From NCBI GenBank assembly GCA_018304465.1, contig JAGVWC010000008.1, positions 96,001 through 160,000 of the forward strand: a DNA stretch of 64,000 bases. Direction: 5' to 3'. Numbering within the stretch: the first letter of the stretch is position 1; the number at the start of each line of letters is the position of its first letter. Source of the DNA: Candidatus Iainarchaeum sp. (GTDB lineage: Archaea > Iainarchaeota > Iainarchaeia > Iainarchaeales > JAGVWC01). Shown here piece by piece: positions 29,022-39,401 of the stretch. The translations under genes and the position numbers were made by a program. Below the pieces are notes generated by a model. That model was not told where the DNA came from, made no database searches, and saw only the letters and a program-made list of their open reading frames with translations.

Positions 29022-30077
29022 TCAAAAAATGGTTTCTTCCGGAACAAACGTCGCGCCTTGACAAAAAATCTCGCCGGGTTCGTTGACTTTTCCCGTGACC
29101 TCAAAACGGCAATCCAACAGTTTTTCGCAAACATCAATGTTGGAAAACACGTGCTCGTCCAGTTGGGTAACTGACAATTTCGATTTTCCCTTGGCCAATG
29201 CCATGAAAGGAACCAACTGATCCGCCAAAAACATATCCACGGGCCGATGAAGATCCAATTGGTTTAATAATTTTTTAGCCGCTTCCAGCCCCACGGCCTC
29301 CGCGGTTTTTCCTGTCAAACCCAACGCACTTGCGGACAACACCGCACCCGAAGAAAAACGCGCAAACAACGACAAACCCGACCCTTTCGAATACCCGTTT
29401 TCTTTTGCCGAAACTTCTTCCACAAAATCCACGTTCAAAGCAGAAAGCGCTTTTTTGGCCGAAAGCACTTGACGATTCGCCACCGTCGATGGAAGAGAAG
29501 AACAATGCGAAACCAAGGAAACCGACTGCAACGAACCCGCTTCTTGCAAGGAAACGGGCTTTAAGGGAAACACGGCGGGTCGCGTTGAAAAAATCACCGC
29601 GCCGCGTCCTTTGGGATAATACCCTCTGGCCGACAACTCCGCTTCACATTTGACGCCCATTCGTTTTAGCACCGGAAACAACACCCACTCCAAAAACTCG
29701 ATCGGAGGCGACCACGGAACGTTTGTTCCACCGGTTAATCGCAATTTATTCTTCACCAAAAGAGAAGGAATCAGGACCGATTCCAGCAACAGCGAAACGC
29801 TTCCCGCGGTTCCGGTATTGGCCACGAGTTGTGACGCCACCAGCTTTTGGGGTTCAAACAAAACCGTCTGCGAATTCAACACCGCGCCCTGCACTTTGCC
29901 GGCACACAATTGAGAAAGCAACTGCACCGCCGTCAAATGCTGCGGCTGCAACCCCGGTTTTTCGCGAAGCAAACGAATTTTTTCAATTTTAACCGGCTTT
30001 TGAGTCAAGGCACTTAACCCGATGGCGGAGCGAAGCACTTGGCCGCCTTTCGAGCCATCGATCAAAATTGGTTCCAT
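29022..30077 (-). CDS. rtcA: RNA 3'-terminal phosphate cyclase
   Basis: GGQVLRS, PGLQPQHL, GGTNV, RGYYPKG, ADQL. Confidence 0.93.
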   Translation of the reverse strand: MEPILIDGSKGGQVLRSAIGLSALTQKPVKIEKIRLLREKPGLQPQHLTAVQLLSQLCAGKVQGAVLNSQTVLFEPQKLVASQLVANTGTAGSVSLLLESVLIPSLLVKNKLRLTGGTNVPWSPPIEFLEWVLFPVLKRMGVKCEAELSARGYYPKGRGAVIFSTRPAVFPLKPVSLQEAGSLQSVSLVSHCSSLPSTVANRQVLSAKKALSALNVDFVEEVSAKENGYSKGSGLSLFARFSSGAVLSASALGLTGKTAEAVGLEAAKKLLNQLDLHRPVDMFLADQLVPFMALAKGKSKLSVTQLDEHVFSNIDVCEKLLDCRFEVTGKVNEPGEIFCQGATFVPEETIF

Positions 30078-30150
30078 CGTTCTTCCCCGTTCCAACCAGT
30101 ACTATTTTAGGCACTGAAAAGTAATATATGCACTACCGGTGCCAACGAAC

Positions 30151-30279
30151 ATGCAACGCGAACAACAACGCAGTGGATGGGTTATTCTCGTGGTAATCCT
30201 CGCGATTGCCGGACAAACCCTGATCACCGACCTTGACGAATGGACCCCCAAAGCGAGTCATCTCAAGAAAAACCCTTAA
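30151..30279 (+). CDS. possible small single-TM peptide (42 aa)
   Basis: MQREQQRSGWVILVVILAIAGQTLITDLDEW... Confidence 0.3.
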   Translation: MQREQQRSGWVILVVILAIAGQTLITDLDEWTPKASHLKKNP

Positions 30280-30338
30280 AACACCAAAACAACCATTAAA
30301 TACTTAATTTCCCAAATCCAATTAAAACAGGTGAAAAA

Positions 30339-31256
30339 TTGAAAATACTCGTAACCGGAAGCAACGGACTCGTCGGAAGCGAAGTCGCCAAACTATTACG
30401 ACAAAAAAACATCGAAGTCATCGAATACGCAATTCAAAACAAAGACGACATTTCCGACGAAGAAAAACTCAAGAAAAAAACAAGCCGCTGCGACGCCGTG
30501 ATTCACCTCGCCGCGATTCTGGACGAAAACGCATCGCACGAAACCCTTTGGAAAACCAACGTCGACGGAACCAAAAACGTTCTTGAAGCCTGCGCCGCCA
30601 ACCGCGTGCCGCGATTACTGTTCGCAAGCACAGTGGGCGTCTACGGATCCCAAAGCGGATCCAAAACCGAAGAAACGCCCGTCCAACCCGAAACCGAATA
30701 CGAAAAAAGCAAAACCGAAGCCGAAAAACTCGTGGTCTCCTACCAAGAACTGGTTCCGTACACGATTCTTCGCAGCGCCCTTGTGATCGGCCCCAACACG
30801 TACTGGCAACAAATCGTTTCCATCGTGAAAAAAAACATTCCATTAATTGGGACCGGCGCCAACACCTGGCAAACGATTTACTACAAAGACCTTGCCAACG
30901 CGATTGTGTTCTTTTTATTTTTGGACACGGCCGAAAACGAAACCATTCTTGTTGCCAGCGAAGAAAAACCCCGCTTGATTGAAATCGTCGAAACCCTGCG
31001 AAGCCAACTCGGACTCCAAAACCCCGCCCCCACCGTCTCCGAATTCGTCGGAAAAATCATGGCCACGTTGCTTGGAATCTGGTTCGCGATTCAGGGCAAA
31101 CCCAACATTCTATCCGAAAGCCACATCAAACGACTGCTGCGCGAACGAAATTACGATTTAACCAAAGCCCACGCATACGGATGGAAAGCCAAATATACCT
31201 ACCAAAAAGCCCTCAAAGAAAGCATTCAAGCCATACAAACCGATGCCAAAGAATAA
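30339..31256 (+). CDS. NAD-dependent epimerase/dehydratase (extended SDR)
   Basis: TGSNGLVG, HLAA, YEKSK. Confidence 0.92.
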   Translation: MKILVTGSNGLVGSEVAKLLRQKNIEVIEYAIQNKDDISDEEKLKKKTSRCDAVIHLAAILDENASHETLWKTNVDGTKNVLEACAANRVPRLLFASTVGVYGSQSGSKTEETPVQPETEYEKSKTEAEKLVVSYQELVPYTILRSALVIGPNTYWQQIVSIVKKNIPLIGTGANTWQTIYYKDLANAIVFFLFLDTAENETILVASEEKPRLIEIVETLRSQLGLQNPAPTVSEFVGKIMATLLGIWFAIQGKPNILSESHIKRLLRERNYDLTKAHAYGWKAKYTYQKALKESIQAIQTDAKE

Positions 31257-31297
31257 AGAATTAAAACAATCCCCGCATAAAAGGATAGAAAAAAACT

Positions 31298-32335
31298 ATG
31301 CCCGCACGCAAAATCCCCCAGCAAAAAGCCAATGCCCGGCTACGCAAAAAAATCCCAAAAAACTGGGACAGCCTGGATCCAAAGCATATTCCGGACAAAC
31401 GGCAAAGAGACAAACTCAAACGAATACTGCCCATTCCCGGCAAACTAAAGAAATTTCTGGCCAAGCGAAAAATACGGCCCTTTGCCCCCAAAGAACGCGG
31501 ATTCCGCTTACCCAACCAGGAAATCGGCCCCATCAAACGCGCGACCAACCGAATGCGTTTCATTTACGACCACTACTGGTCCACTTCAGCCGCCGAAATC
31601 GCACAACGCCAACGACTTCAAAAACAGATCCACCAAGGACACAGCCAATTCACGAACCTGACACGATGGGAAAAAAGACGCTTGAACGAATTACTCCAAC
31701 AACAAATCGCGGCAATCGGAAGAGAACGCGGACGCTTTCAAAACAAATACAAAGTCGTTGACGATCGGATCGATGACGAAGCCCTGCGACGACTGGACAT
31801 CCACCCGGATTATCCCGCGGTTCACTCCCGACGCGCGTACATGGAAAACCTTCGAGACGCGCTTCGAAAACCAGGACAACACGCCGTCGGACTCGTGGAC
31901 GTCGACAACTTGTCCCGTGTAAGCACTGAAATCGATCACGCCAAAGCCGGAAAAATCGTCGATATTTTGGCCGAAAGCCTCTCCGAAGTCCTAAAACCGC
32001 GCCGCGGATTTGCATGCGTGTACGGCGGGGACGAACTCTATATTTATCTTCCGCGAAACCTCCGAGAATCCGAACTGATCATGGACGTACGGTTTCGCGA
32101 AGCATTTGAGCGGAGAATAGAAAAATTCCCCGAACTAAAACGACTCGTCAAAAGAAACAACATTGATTTCACCGGCGTCGTCCAAGACTTTTCATCGGAC
32201 ACACCGCGCATCGGATTCCAACCGGACAGCGTTGTGGAAGGACTCAGCCGGCAAGTCAATCGCATCAAGAAAAAGAAAAAACGCAAAGGAATCGTCGTAA
32301 GCCTCAGCAGAAGCGGCCGCGAAGTCAATGTTTAA
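31298..32335 (+). CDS. basic N-terminal region fused to a divergent GGDEF-like domain
   Basis: SRRAYMENL...GLVDVDNL...H...ILAESL...YGGDELYIYLP. Confidence 0.75.
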   Translation: MPARKIPQQKANARLRKKIPKNWDSLDPKHIPDKRQRDKLKRILPIPGKLKKFLAKRKIRPFAPKERGFRLPNQEIGPIKRATNRMRFIYDHYWSTSAAEIAQRQRLQKQIHQGHSQFTNLTRWEKRRLNELLQQQIAAIGRERGRFQNKYKVVDDRIDDEALRRLDIHPDYPAVHSRRAYMENLRDALRKPGQHAVGLVDVDNLSRVSTEIDHAKAGKIVDILAESLSEVLKPRRGFACVYGGDELYIYLPRNLRESELIMDVRFREAFERRIEKFPELKRLVKRNNIDFTGVVQDFSSDTPRIGFQPDSVVEGLSRQVNRIKKKKKRKGIVVSLSRSGREVNV

Positions 32336-33123
32336 GACCGGCTTTTTTCTTTTGCACCTTGCTTCACGCCGCGCATGATCGATTGCATCATTTCTTTGGC
32401 TTTTGCCAAATCCCCATTCGCTTTTTCGACCATCGAACCGACATGCACGATATCCGCACCCGCTGTGATGGTTTCAAACGCGAATTGCTCCGAGCGAACG
32501 CCGCCCGCAACCAACAGCGGAATGTCGATCATTTTTTTCACGTACGAAATCATTTCAGGCGGAGCCGGACTCGGTGCGCCGCCGCCAGATTCCAAAATCA
32601 CGAGTTGACTTCCCATCATCTGGCCCGCTAACGCCGTTGCCGCCGCCAAATAAGGCAATTCCCGCGGAATCAAACGCGCTCTTCCGACCCAACCCACCGC
32701 GCGACCGGGTTCGACGATCACGTAACTCGTCGGAATCGTTTCAAGCCCCATGCGCTTGATCGGCATGGACGCCACGGTCTGGGCGCCGGACAAATAATAC
32801 GGATCATCCGAATTCAACAAGCTCATAAAATACATCGCGTCGGCTTTCGGAGACAACGAAGCGATGTTACCCGGAAACAGCACGACTGGCAACGAAGAAA
32901 CCTCTTTGATCGACGAAATCGTCTGATCCAAAATCTCGCCTTGCGCGCCAACGCTTCCGCCAACCGCGATCGCCGAAAAACCGGTTTCTTCCGCAAGACG
33001 CGCGATTTTTCCCGCTTTTTCCGGAGACTGGTTCGGCGGATCGATCACCAAAAACGCCAAGCCGCGCTTTGAATCAAGCTCGGACAAAATCTTGGACCAG
33101 GTTTTTTTTGAAACAGGTTTCAA
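32332..33123 (-). CDS. geranylgeranylglyceryl phosphate synthase
   Basis: IDP, VGGS, LFPGN, FMSLLNS, LESGGGA, AGGVR. Confidence 0.92.
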   Translation of the reverse strand: MKPVSKKTWSKILSELDSKRGLAFLVIDPPNQSPEKAGKIARLAEETGFSAIAVGGSVGAQGEILDQTISSIKEVSSLPVVLFPGNIASLSPKADAMYFMSLLNSDDPYYLSGAQTVASMPIKRMGLETIPTSYVIVEPGRAVGWVGRARLIPRELPYLAAATALAGQMMGSQLVILESGGGAPSPAPPEMISYVKKMIDIPLLVAGGVRSEQFAFETITAGADIVHVGSMVEKANGDLAKAKEMMQSIMRGVKQGAKEKSRS

Positions 33124-33149
33124 TCCATCACCGAATAGATACGGCCACG

Positions 33150-33566
33150 CTACTTCTTTTTCGAGGCCGCTTGTTTTTTTTTAAGAATCTCAATTACTTT
33201 TTCGATCGCTACCTGACCGGCATGAATGTATAACGCGGGAGCATTTTCGTCCGCTTGAGGATTGCTGTGTCTTGCTTCGATTAACGCATCTTCATATGCC
33301 GATTCAAACAACACCCGCGCACGCGGAGCCTTCAAAGCGCGCGCCACGACCAGTCGCGGGTCCGCCTTACACGAAACGCAATAAGACAAAAGCACGGGAC
33401 TTCTTAACGCGCCGCGCATAAACATTCCGTTAATCTTAGCGGCAGTGGGTTCAACAGGGCCCCTCGGAACGGGTGTTGGCGCTTTCACTTCGGGTGCTAC
33501 CGCCTTTTTTTTTGGTGAAATCAGGCTTTTGAGGCGGTTCCAACCCGTTCGAATTCTTCCAGCCAT
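33150..33566 (-). CDS. basic orphan protein
   Basis: MAGRIRTGWNRLKSLISPKKK...; TATAAA about 25 nt upstream. Confidence 0.65.
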   Translation of the reverse strand: MAGRIRTGWNRLKSLISPKKKAVAPEVKAPTPVPRGPVEPTAAKINGMFMRGALRSPVLLSYCVSCKADPRLVVARALKAPRARVLFESAYEDALIEARHSNPQADENAPALYIHAGQVAIEKVIEILKKKQAASKKK

Positions 33567-33655
33567 GCACAAATCAAGCAGAGCAGAGTTTATATTCTTT
33601 CTGTTCGTTGCCACGAGATTAAAAACAAAACACACGAACAAACATACGGAGCCCC

Positions 33656-34516
33656 ATGAACCCGATTCCGTCCGGATTACTGAACCAATACCTGGAAAAA
33701 ACAGGCAAATCTCCCGAAGAAGCCGAAAAATTAATCAGGGAAAAAACCGCCAAATTCGCGGGACTATTAACGGAAGAAGCCGCGTTGTTTTTACTTGCCA
33801 AAGAAGCGGGAATCAATCCGGACCTTGCCACCAAAACCATCCAACCCGTTCCGATCCAGCAACTCGAACCCGGACAAACCAACATCGACGTTTTGTGCGT
33901 GGCCAAACACGTGTATCCCATCAAGGAATTTCCCAACAAAAACAAACCCGGCACGGGAAAACGCGGGTCTTTGCTGGTATGCGACGAAACCGGCGAAATT
34001 TATCTCACCTTATGGCACCAGCACACGGATTTGATCAAAACCGTTTCCATCGGAACGCCGATTCTTCTTTCGAACGTATCCGTTACCGAATACAACGGAC
34101 AAAAACAACTCAACTTCGGATTCAAAAGCGGATTCGACGCCAATCCCACCGCGGTTTCCACCCACACCTTGCCGAATTTTAAAACCGAAACCATGGCCAT
34201 CGAAAAAATCGAAGGCGGACAATACAACCTCAACGTATCCGGAACCATCACCAAATTGTTTCCCGTCAAAAGCTTTGAAAACGACCGCGACAGCGGCGAG
34301 TACCGCGCGTTTGAAATCAAAGACGATTCCGCGATCATCCGATGCGTCGCCTGGAACGACGCCGCAACCCAAACCGAAAAGCTAAAAGAAGGCGACGCCG
34401 TACTTATTGAAAACGCGTACTCGAAAACCAACCGAAACGACGAAACCGAACTGCACTTAGGAGACAAAAGCCGCGTCGTCAGTCAATCCCAAACCAGAGG
34501 AGAGTCCACGTCGTGA
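33656..34516 (+). CDS. rpa: replication protein A / OB-fold ssDNA-binding protein
   Basis: AGLLTEEAAL N-domain; two OB folds (DETGEIYLTLW, DDSAIIRCVAW). Confidence 0.88.
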   Translation: MNPIPSGLLNQYLEKTGKSPEEAEKLIREKTAKFAGLLTEEAALFLLAKEAGINPDLATKTIQPVPIQQLEPGQTNIDVLCVAKHVYPIKEFPNKNKPGTGKRGSLLVCDETGEIYLTLWHQHTDLIKTVSIGTPILLSNVSVTEYNGQKQLNFGFKSGFDANPTAVSTHTLPNFKTETMAIEKIEGGQYNLNVSGTITKLFPVKSFENDRDSGEYRAFEIKDDSAIIRCVAWNDAATQTEKLKEGDAVLIENAYSKTNRNDETELHLGDKSRVVSQSQTRGESTS

Positions 34517-35232
34517 AACCCGCCCGAATCCCAAAATCGCGTCCCAAAGGATTTCAAACGCGATGGGAAAAAAAACGAATTTTGCGAGACAAAAAACGAA
34601 TCAATCAAGGAAAAAAAACGCTTGCCGAACCATTGGTACTGGCAAGCCCGAGCGAAAGACGCGCGGCACTTGCGAAAGGACAAATGCTTTCTTACAACGG
34701 TCCGCAAAAAATCGAACTTCCTCTTGTCATCACTTTGAACCACGAAAGCCTAGTTCTCCAAGGTGCCTACCGAACCCCCGACAGTCGAATACTCACCCTG
34801 CGCTTTTCGCCCAGCCATGACCTGCTGTCCTTATACGAATTCGAAATGGGACCGGAACCAACGGAACGCGCAATACAACCCGCATGGATCACCGCCGAAC
34901 CTAGTTTGGGACACATGGAAATTTCGCGAAATCTGCGGGGCCGGGGCATCGGATTAAAAGCCGCTTCAAAAGCCGAACGCACCAACCGAGCCATTCAACA
35001 AGGCCACCATCAATTCCGAGCATTGAACCGGTTTACGCCTGTTTTTTCAAAGTTACACTATGCTTTGATTGAAGAAGGCGAATTTGCGTCTGTTTTTTTT
35101 TTTAAAAAAGGAAAACATCAGCCCCGTGATAACCTATCGGCTTTCCATCGAATCGAAGCTATTGATCCAAAAACAGGCAAAGCCAGAATTTTTACTTTTC
35201 CAATTTCAATAAAAGAGGAATCAAAAGTATGA
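34513..35232 (+). CDS. basic orphan with GNAT-like motif A (paralog 1)
   Basis: HMEISRNLRGRGIGLKAASKAER. Confidence 0.7.
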   Translation: MKPARIPKSRPKGFQTRWEKKRILRDKKRINQGKKTLAEPLVLASPSERRAALAKGQMLSYNGPQKIELPLVITLNHESLVLQGAYRTPDSRILTLRFSPSHDLLSLYEFEMGPEPTERAIQPAWITAEPSLGHMEISRNLRGRGIGLKAASKAERTNRAIQQGHHQFRALNRFTPVFSKLHYALIEEGEFASVFFFKKGKHQPRDNLSAFHRIEAIDPKTGKARIFTFPISIKEESKV

Positions 35233-36011
35233 AACCGCGCCACAGCGTCCGAACCCGTACTCTCGGACAAAAAACAAAATGGGAACGCAAACGCGAAAGA
35301 CGAACCGAAAAACGGATAACCGCCAAAAAAAAACCATTCGTCCAACCGCTCGCGCTGGCATCCACCAAAGAATTTCAAGAAGGACTTCAACACGGGCAAC
35401 TCGTCGTCTACGACGGTGCGGAAAGAATTCCGTTGGATCTCGTGGGTTCCCCGGTTCATCTGCAGGGAGGCGTTTTAAAGGAATACCTGCAAGGCGTCTA
35501 CAAATTATTCGACGGCACGCGCATCACGGTCCGATTTGCCCCCATGCACCAACGAGGCCAGGGAATGCTGGTGGTGCGCCAGTTAAAAAAAATCCGAAAC
35601 GAGTACGTGGAAATACCCGTTCGAAACGCGTTTTATGAAAGCGCGTTCGCATTCGCTTTCGACGACCTGAGCCACATGTATCTTCCGCCCCAGTGGCGAG
35701 GCGAAAAACTCGGAACAAAACTCGCGTCAAAAGCCGAACGACACATGCGAAGCATCGGAAACGGAACCCATTCGTTTATTCCTAGCCCCGGATTTCGAAG
35801 ACTCTTCCTGCAGGAAAGACCAGTTCCCGGACAAAAAAAACCCAAAAAAATTCTCGGATACACGACCAGCCCCAACGGAGGCGCGGACATCACAAAAACC
35901 GGAAAATCGTATCCAAGCGAAAATCTTGGGCAATATCACAACATCGAAGTGATCGATCCTGGCACCGGCCGAAAAGTCAACCTCGTGATTCCGGTTCAAA
36001 ACAATCCCTGA
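35229..36011 (+). CDS. basic orphan with GNAT-like motif A (paralog 2)
   Basis: HMYLPPQWRGEKLGTKLASKAER; collinear with the upstream ORF. Confidence 0.7.
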   Translation: MKPRHSVRTRTLGQKTKWERKRERRTEKRITAKKKPFVQPLALASTKEFQEGLQHGQLVVYDGAERIPLDLVGSPVHLQGGVLKEYLQGVYKLFDGTRITVRFAPMHQRGQGMLVVRQLKKIRNEYVEIPVRNAFYESAFAFAFDDLSHMYLPPQWRGEKLGTKLASKAERHMRSIGNGTHSFIPSPGFRRLFLQERPVPGQKKPKKILGYTTSPNGGADITKTGKSYPSENLGQYHNIEVIDPGTGRKVNLVIPVQNNP

Positions 36012-36054
36012 TCCGCCCCACCGAAATCAACAAAAACCCCAAACAGGATGTTAG

Positions 36055-36933
36055 ATGTACATGGTTCTTGAAACCGCGAGCCTCATCGCGCTTGCTGCCG
36101 TCATCTGCTGGGGATTCGGAGACTACTTCATCCAGCAAACCGTCCGAAAAATCGGAAGCGTCCAATCGCTTTTCTTCATCGGACTCATCGGAAGCATCCT
36201 GATGCTGCCGCTCGTGTGGACGGAGCTACCGCTTGCGTTCCAACCCGAAAACGCGTTGTTTCTCATCGGAATCGGAGTCTTAACGTTCATTGTCGCGCTC
36301 ATCTTGTTCGAATCCTTAAAAGAAGGAAAACTATCCGTCGTCGACGTGATATTCGAATTCGAATTGCCCATCACGGTTTTGCTGGCATTGTTTTTTTTCG
36401 GAGAACAACTGACCCTGATCCAAGGGTTTCTCATCGGACTCATTTTCGTCGGAATCCTCCTCATCGCGCTCGAACACCTCCACATCAAAAAAATCGTTCA
36501 CTCGCTCGAAAAAGGCGTACTACTCGCGTTGATCGGATCCGTCGGAATGGGATTCCTTAATTTTTACACCGCGAGCGCCTCGCGCACCATCACCCCGGGA
36601 CTTGCGATTTTCGTTCCGTGGGTCATCTACGGAACCCTTTCTTTGGCCGTGATCATGATGCGAAAAGAAACCCACTCCCTTTGGTCAAATTTTCGAAAAT
36701 ACCCGCACATTATTTTGGGTCAATCGATTCTGGACAGCCTCGCATGGATGTTTTTCGCGGTGGCGCTTTCCCAACACAGCGCCGCCATCGTCACCGCGAT
36801 CACGGAAAGCTACCCGGCCTTGGCCTTGTTTTTGGGCGTGTGGTTCAACAAAGAAAAAATCGCGTCCCACCAAATGATTGGCGCTGCGGTCGCGCTAGGT
36901 GCCTGCGTGATCCTCGCATTCTACGCGGGATAA
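36055..36933 (+). CDS. EamA/DMT family transporter
   Basis: About 10 TM helices in two repeats; F.GEQL and F.KEKI motifs. Confidence 0.9.
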   Translation: MYMVLETASLIALAAVICWGFGDYFIQQTVRKIGSVQSLFFIGLIGSILMLPLVWTELPLAFQPENALFLIGIGVLTFIVALILFESLKEGKLSVVDVIFEFELPITVLLALFFFGEQLTLIQGFLIGLIFVGILLIALEHLHIKKIVHSLEKGVLLALIGSVGMGFLNFYTASASRTITPGLAIFVPWVIYGTLSLAVIMMRKETHSLWSNFRKYPHIILGQSILDSLAWMFFAVALSQHSAAIVTAITESYPALALFLGVWFNKEKIASHQMIGAAVALGACVILAFYAG

Positions 36934-37254
36934 CACTCACCAACGCATTTTACGGCGGCTGAAGGTTCGTCAAAAATCAGAATTGCTGTCGCGGTCTTGG
37001 CCGGTGAAGCATGGCCACATTTGCGCTTGGAATCGTTGTTTCTCCGGTTCAGGCTTTTCAAAAAAGTCGGTGCCCATAAAACTCTCGGTCCAACTGTTCC
37101 ATCAACCAGGTTAATTTTCTTCCCGCCACCGACTCCCATTTCTTGTATACGGCAAGAACGGGATTTTTTTGGGTTTGCCGTCGACGCTTTTATGGAACCG
37201 GTCCACCACTGCGGTATCGGGCCGAAAATCCTTTCGGCGTGCATCGTCCCGACA

Positions 37255-37626
37255 TTACTTGTGTGAGACAGTTTTTTTCCGGCGCGACACACGCAACCGC
37301 GCCGCCACGTTTCGAATGCCGCTACGAATTGCACGACCCGTAGCCCGAACGGGCGCCTTCTGAAAACGATGCACCCACTGTTCCTTTCGGCGAAGCGACA
37401 CCAGTTTCGCCCGCAACGCAAGAATATTCTTGTCTGCAAGCGCTATTCTCGTACGATGTGCACGCCCCAAACCCGCCGGACCCAATAAACGCGCAAATTC
37501 TGCAAGATCCCCACTGAGCGTTCTTTTCAAGCTTCGTTCCGCGGTTAGGCGTCGCCGTGCTTTGATGCGCCCAGCCGCCAGCCTGCGCCGCGTACGTTCC
37601 AACAACCGTTGAGCGATTCGACCCAT
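37255..37626 (-). CDS. extremely Arg-rich orphan protein
   Basis: MGRIAQRLLERTRRRLAAGRIKARRR...; TTTAAA upstream. Confidence 0.6.
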   Translation of the reverse strand: MGRIAQRLLERTRRRLAAGRIKARRRLTAERSLKRTLSGDLAEFARLLGPAGLGRAHRTRIALADKNILALRAKLVSLRRKEQWVHRFQKAPVRATGRAIRSGIRNVAARLRVSRRKKTVSHK

Positions 37627-37802
37627 ACTAATCGATCGAACAACTACCAAAAGGTTTAAAACCGTCACAGAAACGCCGTTCACCGGCAAACCACCCTCCC
37701 GATGTTTAAAAGCACCCAAACCGAAATAGAATATATTGGCGGACAAGACCGATTCCCTGCTCGGGGAAATTGGCCGTACAGCCGCCCACAGGAGGAAACA
37801 AC

Positions 37803-38873
37803 ATGAGCGAACGAACCGTCACGGTAAAACCGTCCAAACCAACCAAAGAAAAGGAAGAAAAAACCATTGAAGAACAAACTCTTTCTATGGACGAAACCAA
37901 AACCGCCACTTCCGGAAAAAAAGAAGAAAGTGGAAAAGTCAAATCGATTACGGAACTACCCGGAATCGGACCCCAAACCGCTGAAAAACTCTTGCAAGCC
38001 GGATACAAAACCCTTGAATCCATCGCCGTCGCGTCCCCGATGGAATTAATGGAAGCCGCCGGCATCGGCGAAATCACCGCGGGAAAAGCCATTGGCGCCG
38101 CCCGCGAAAGCCTCGAAATGGGATACGAAACCGCCGACAAAATCCTTGCGCGACGCGAAACCCTTGAACGCATCTCCACCGGAAGCAAAGAACTCGACAG
38201 TTTAATCGGAGGCGGCGTCGAAACCCAAAGCATCACCGAAGTCTACGGACAATACGCCAGCGGAAAAACCCAGTGGGCATTCCAGCTATGCGTCATGACG
38301 CAGCTTCCCACCGAACAAGGCGGACTATCCGGAAACATCCTTTACATCGACTCCGAAAACTCGTTTCGACCCGAACGCGTGGTTTCGATTGCCAAAGCCA
38401 AAGGACTTGATCCCGAAAAAACCCTCAAAAACATTTTCGTGGCCCGCGCCTATAACGCCGACCACCAGATGTTACTCGCCGAAAAAGCGGTCGAAATGAT
38501 CGCACCCAAAAACATCAAACTCATCATCGTGGACTCGCTCACCAGCCTGTTTAGAAGCGAATTCATCGGACGCGGACAACTCTCCGACCGGCAGCAACGC
38601 CTCAACCGCCACATGCACACCTTGCAAAAAGTCGCGGAAATGCACAACGTCGCCGTGCTGGTCACCAACCAAGTCATGAGCCGACCCGACGTTTTGTTCG
38701 GAGACCCAACCAGTCCGATCGGCGGACACATCGTAGGACACAACTCGAAAACGCGAATCTATCTGCGAAAAGCAAAAGAAAACAAACGCGTCGCCAAGTT
38801 AGTGGACTCGCCATCCCTTCCAGACGGAGAAGCCATTTACTCGCTTACCGACGCCGGAATCGAAGACGCCTAA
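37803..38873 (+). CDS. radA: DNA repair/recombination protein RadA
   Basis: HhH LPGIGP, GQYASGKTQ, FRPER, VDSL, TNQV; GGAGG RBS. Confidence 0.97.
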   Translation: MSERTVTVKPSKPTKEKEEKTIEEQTLSMDETKTATSGKKEESGKVKSITELPGIGPQTAEKLLQAGYKTLESIAVASPMELMEAAGIGEITAGKAIGAARESLEMGYETADKILARRETLERISTGSKELDSLIGGGVETQSITEVYGQYASGKTQWAFQLCVMTQLPTEQGGLSGNILYIDSENSFRPERVVSIAKAKGLDPEKTLKNIFVARAYNADHQMLLAEKAVEMIAPKNIKLIIVDSLTSLFRSEFIGRGQLSDRQQRLNRHMHTLQKVAEMHNVAVLVTNQVMSRPDVLFGDPTSPIGGHIVGHNSKTRIYLRKAKENKRVAKLVDSPSLPDGEAIYSLTDAGIEDA

Positions 38874-38984
38874 CGGCCTTTTACAAAGCCCGGGAAAACA
38901 AAGGGGTTTCGAAACGAAACCCCGTAATCTTTTTTTCGCCAGGTTAAAAAAACAATCCACACTCACACCATCTACCGCCGTACA

Positions 38985-39401
38985 ATGACGAGAGTATCCC
39001 CTATGAGCAAGCCCAGCCAACCCAAATCCGCACATGGCGCGTTTCTTCGCCGAGGACACGTTCACTCTCGACGCCTGCGAGGCGTTTCCCCCACACGCAA
39101 ATCCGATTACGTGATTCCCATTCCATTCAACGGAAGAAAAAACAACCGCAAAAAAAAAGTAATTCCGCCTGAAATCCGCCAGCGCATCATCGAACTCGCA
39201 CGCGAAAAAACAAACCCCAAAAGCACGCTCACGGGGCTTGTGCGGCAAATTTTGTGGGACCTGCAAAGCCAAATAATAAAACCCCGACTCGGACCGGACA
39301 GCGTGCGAAGAGTCCTTGAAGAACACGCCCAAACAACCGACTACAAGCTTCCTGCAAAAACAGCGTTCGGAGGAAAAAGAACGTTCAACGGAAAATCATG
39401 A
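38985..39401 (+). CDS. basic orphan with C-terminal HTH-like segment
   Basis: Arg/Lys-rich N-half; PPEIRQRIIELARE...GPDSVRRVLEEH. Confidence 0.6.
   Translation: MTRVSPMSKPSQPKSAHGAFLRRGHVHSRRLRGVSPTRKSDYVIPIPFNGRKNNRKKKVIPPEIRQRIIELAREKTNPKSTLTGLVRQILWDLQSQIIKPRLGPDSVRRVLEEHAQTTDYKLPAKTAFGGKRTFNGKS

Noticed and set aside
30151-30279. Pilin-like substrate near the prepilin peptidase
   Set aside because: No clear class III cleavage motif; kept only as a low-confidence small ORF.
36921-37254. Possible read-through or pseudogene continuation of the 37255-37626 orphan, or ORF 36921-37439
   Set aside because: An open frame continues about 47 codons past the TAA, but no motif or start signal distinguishes it from chance.
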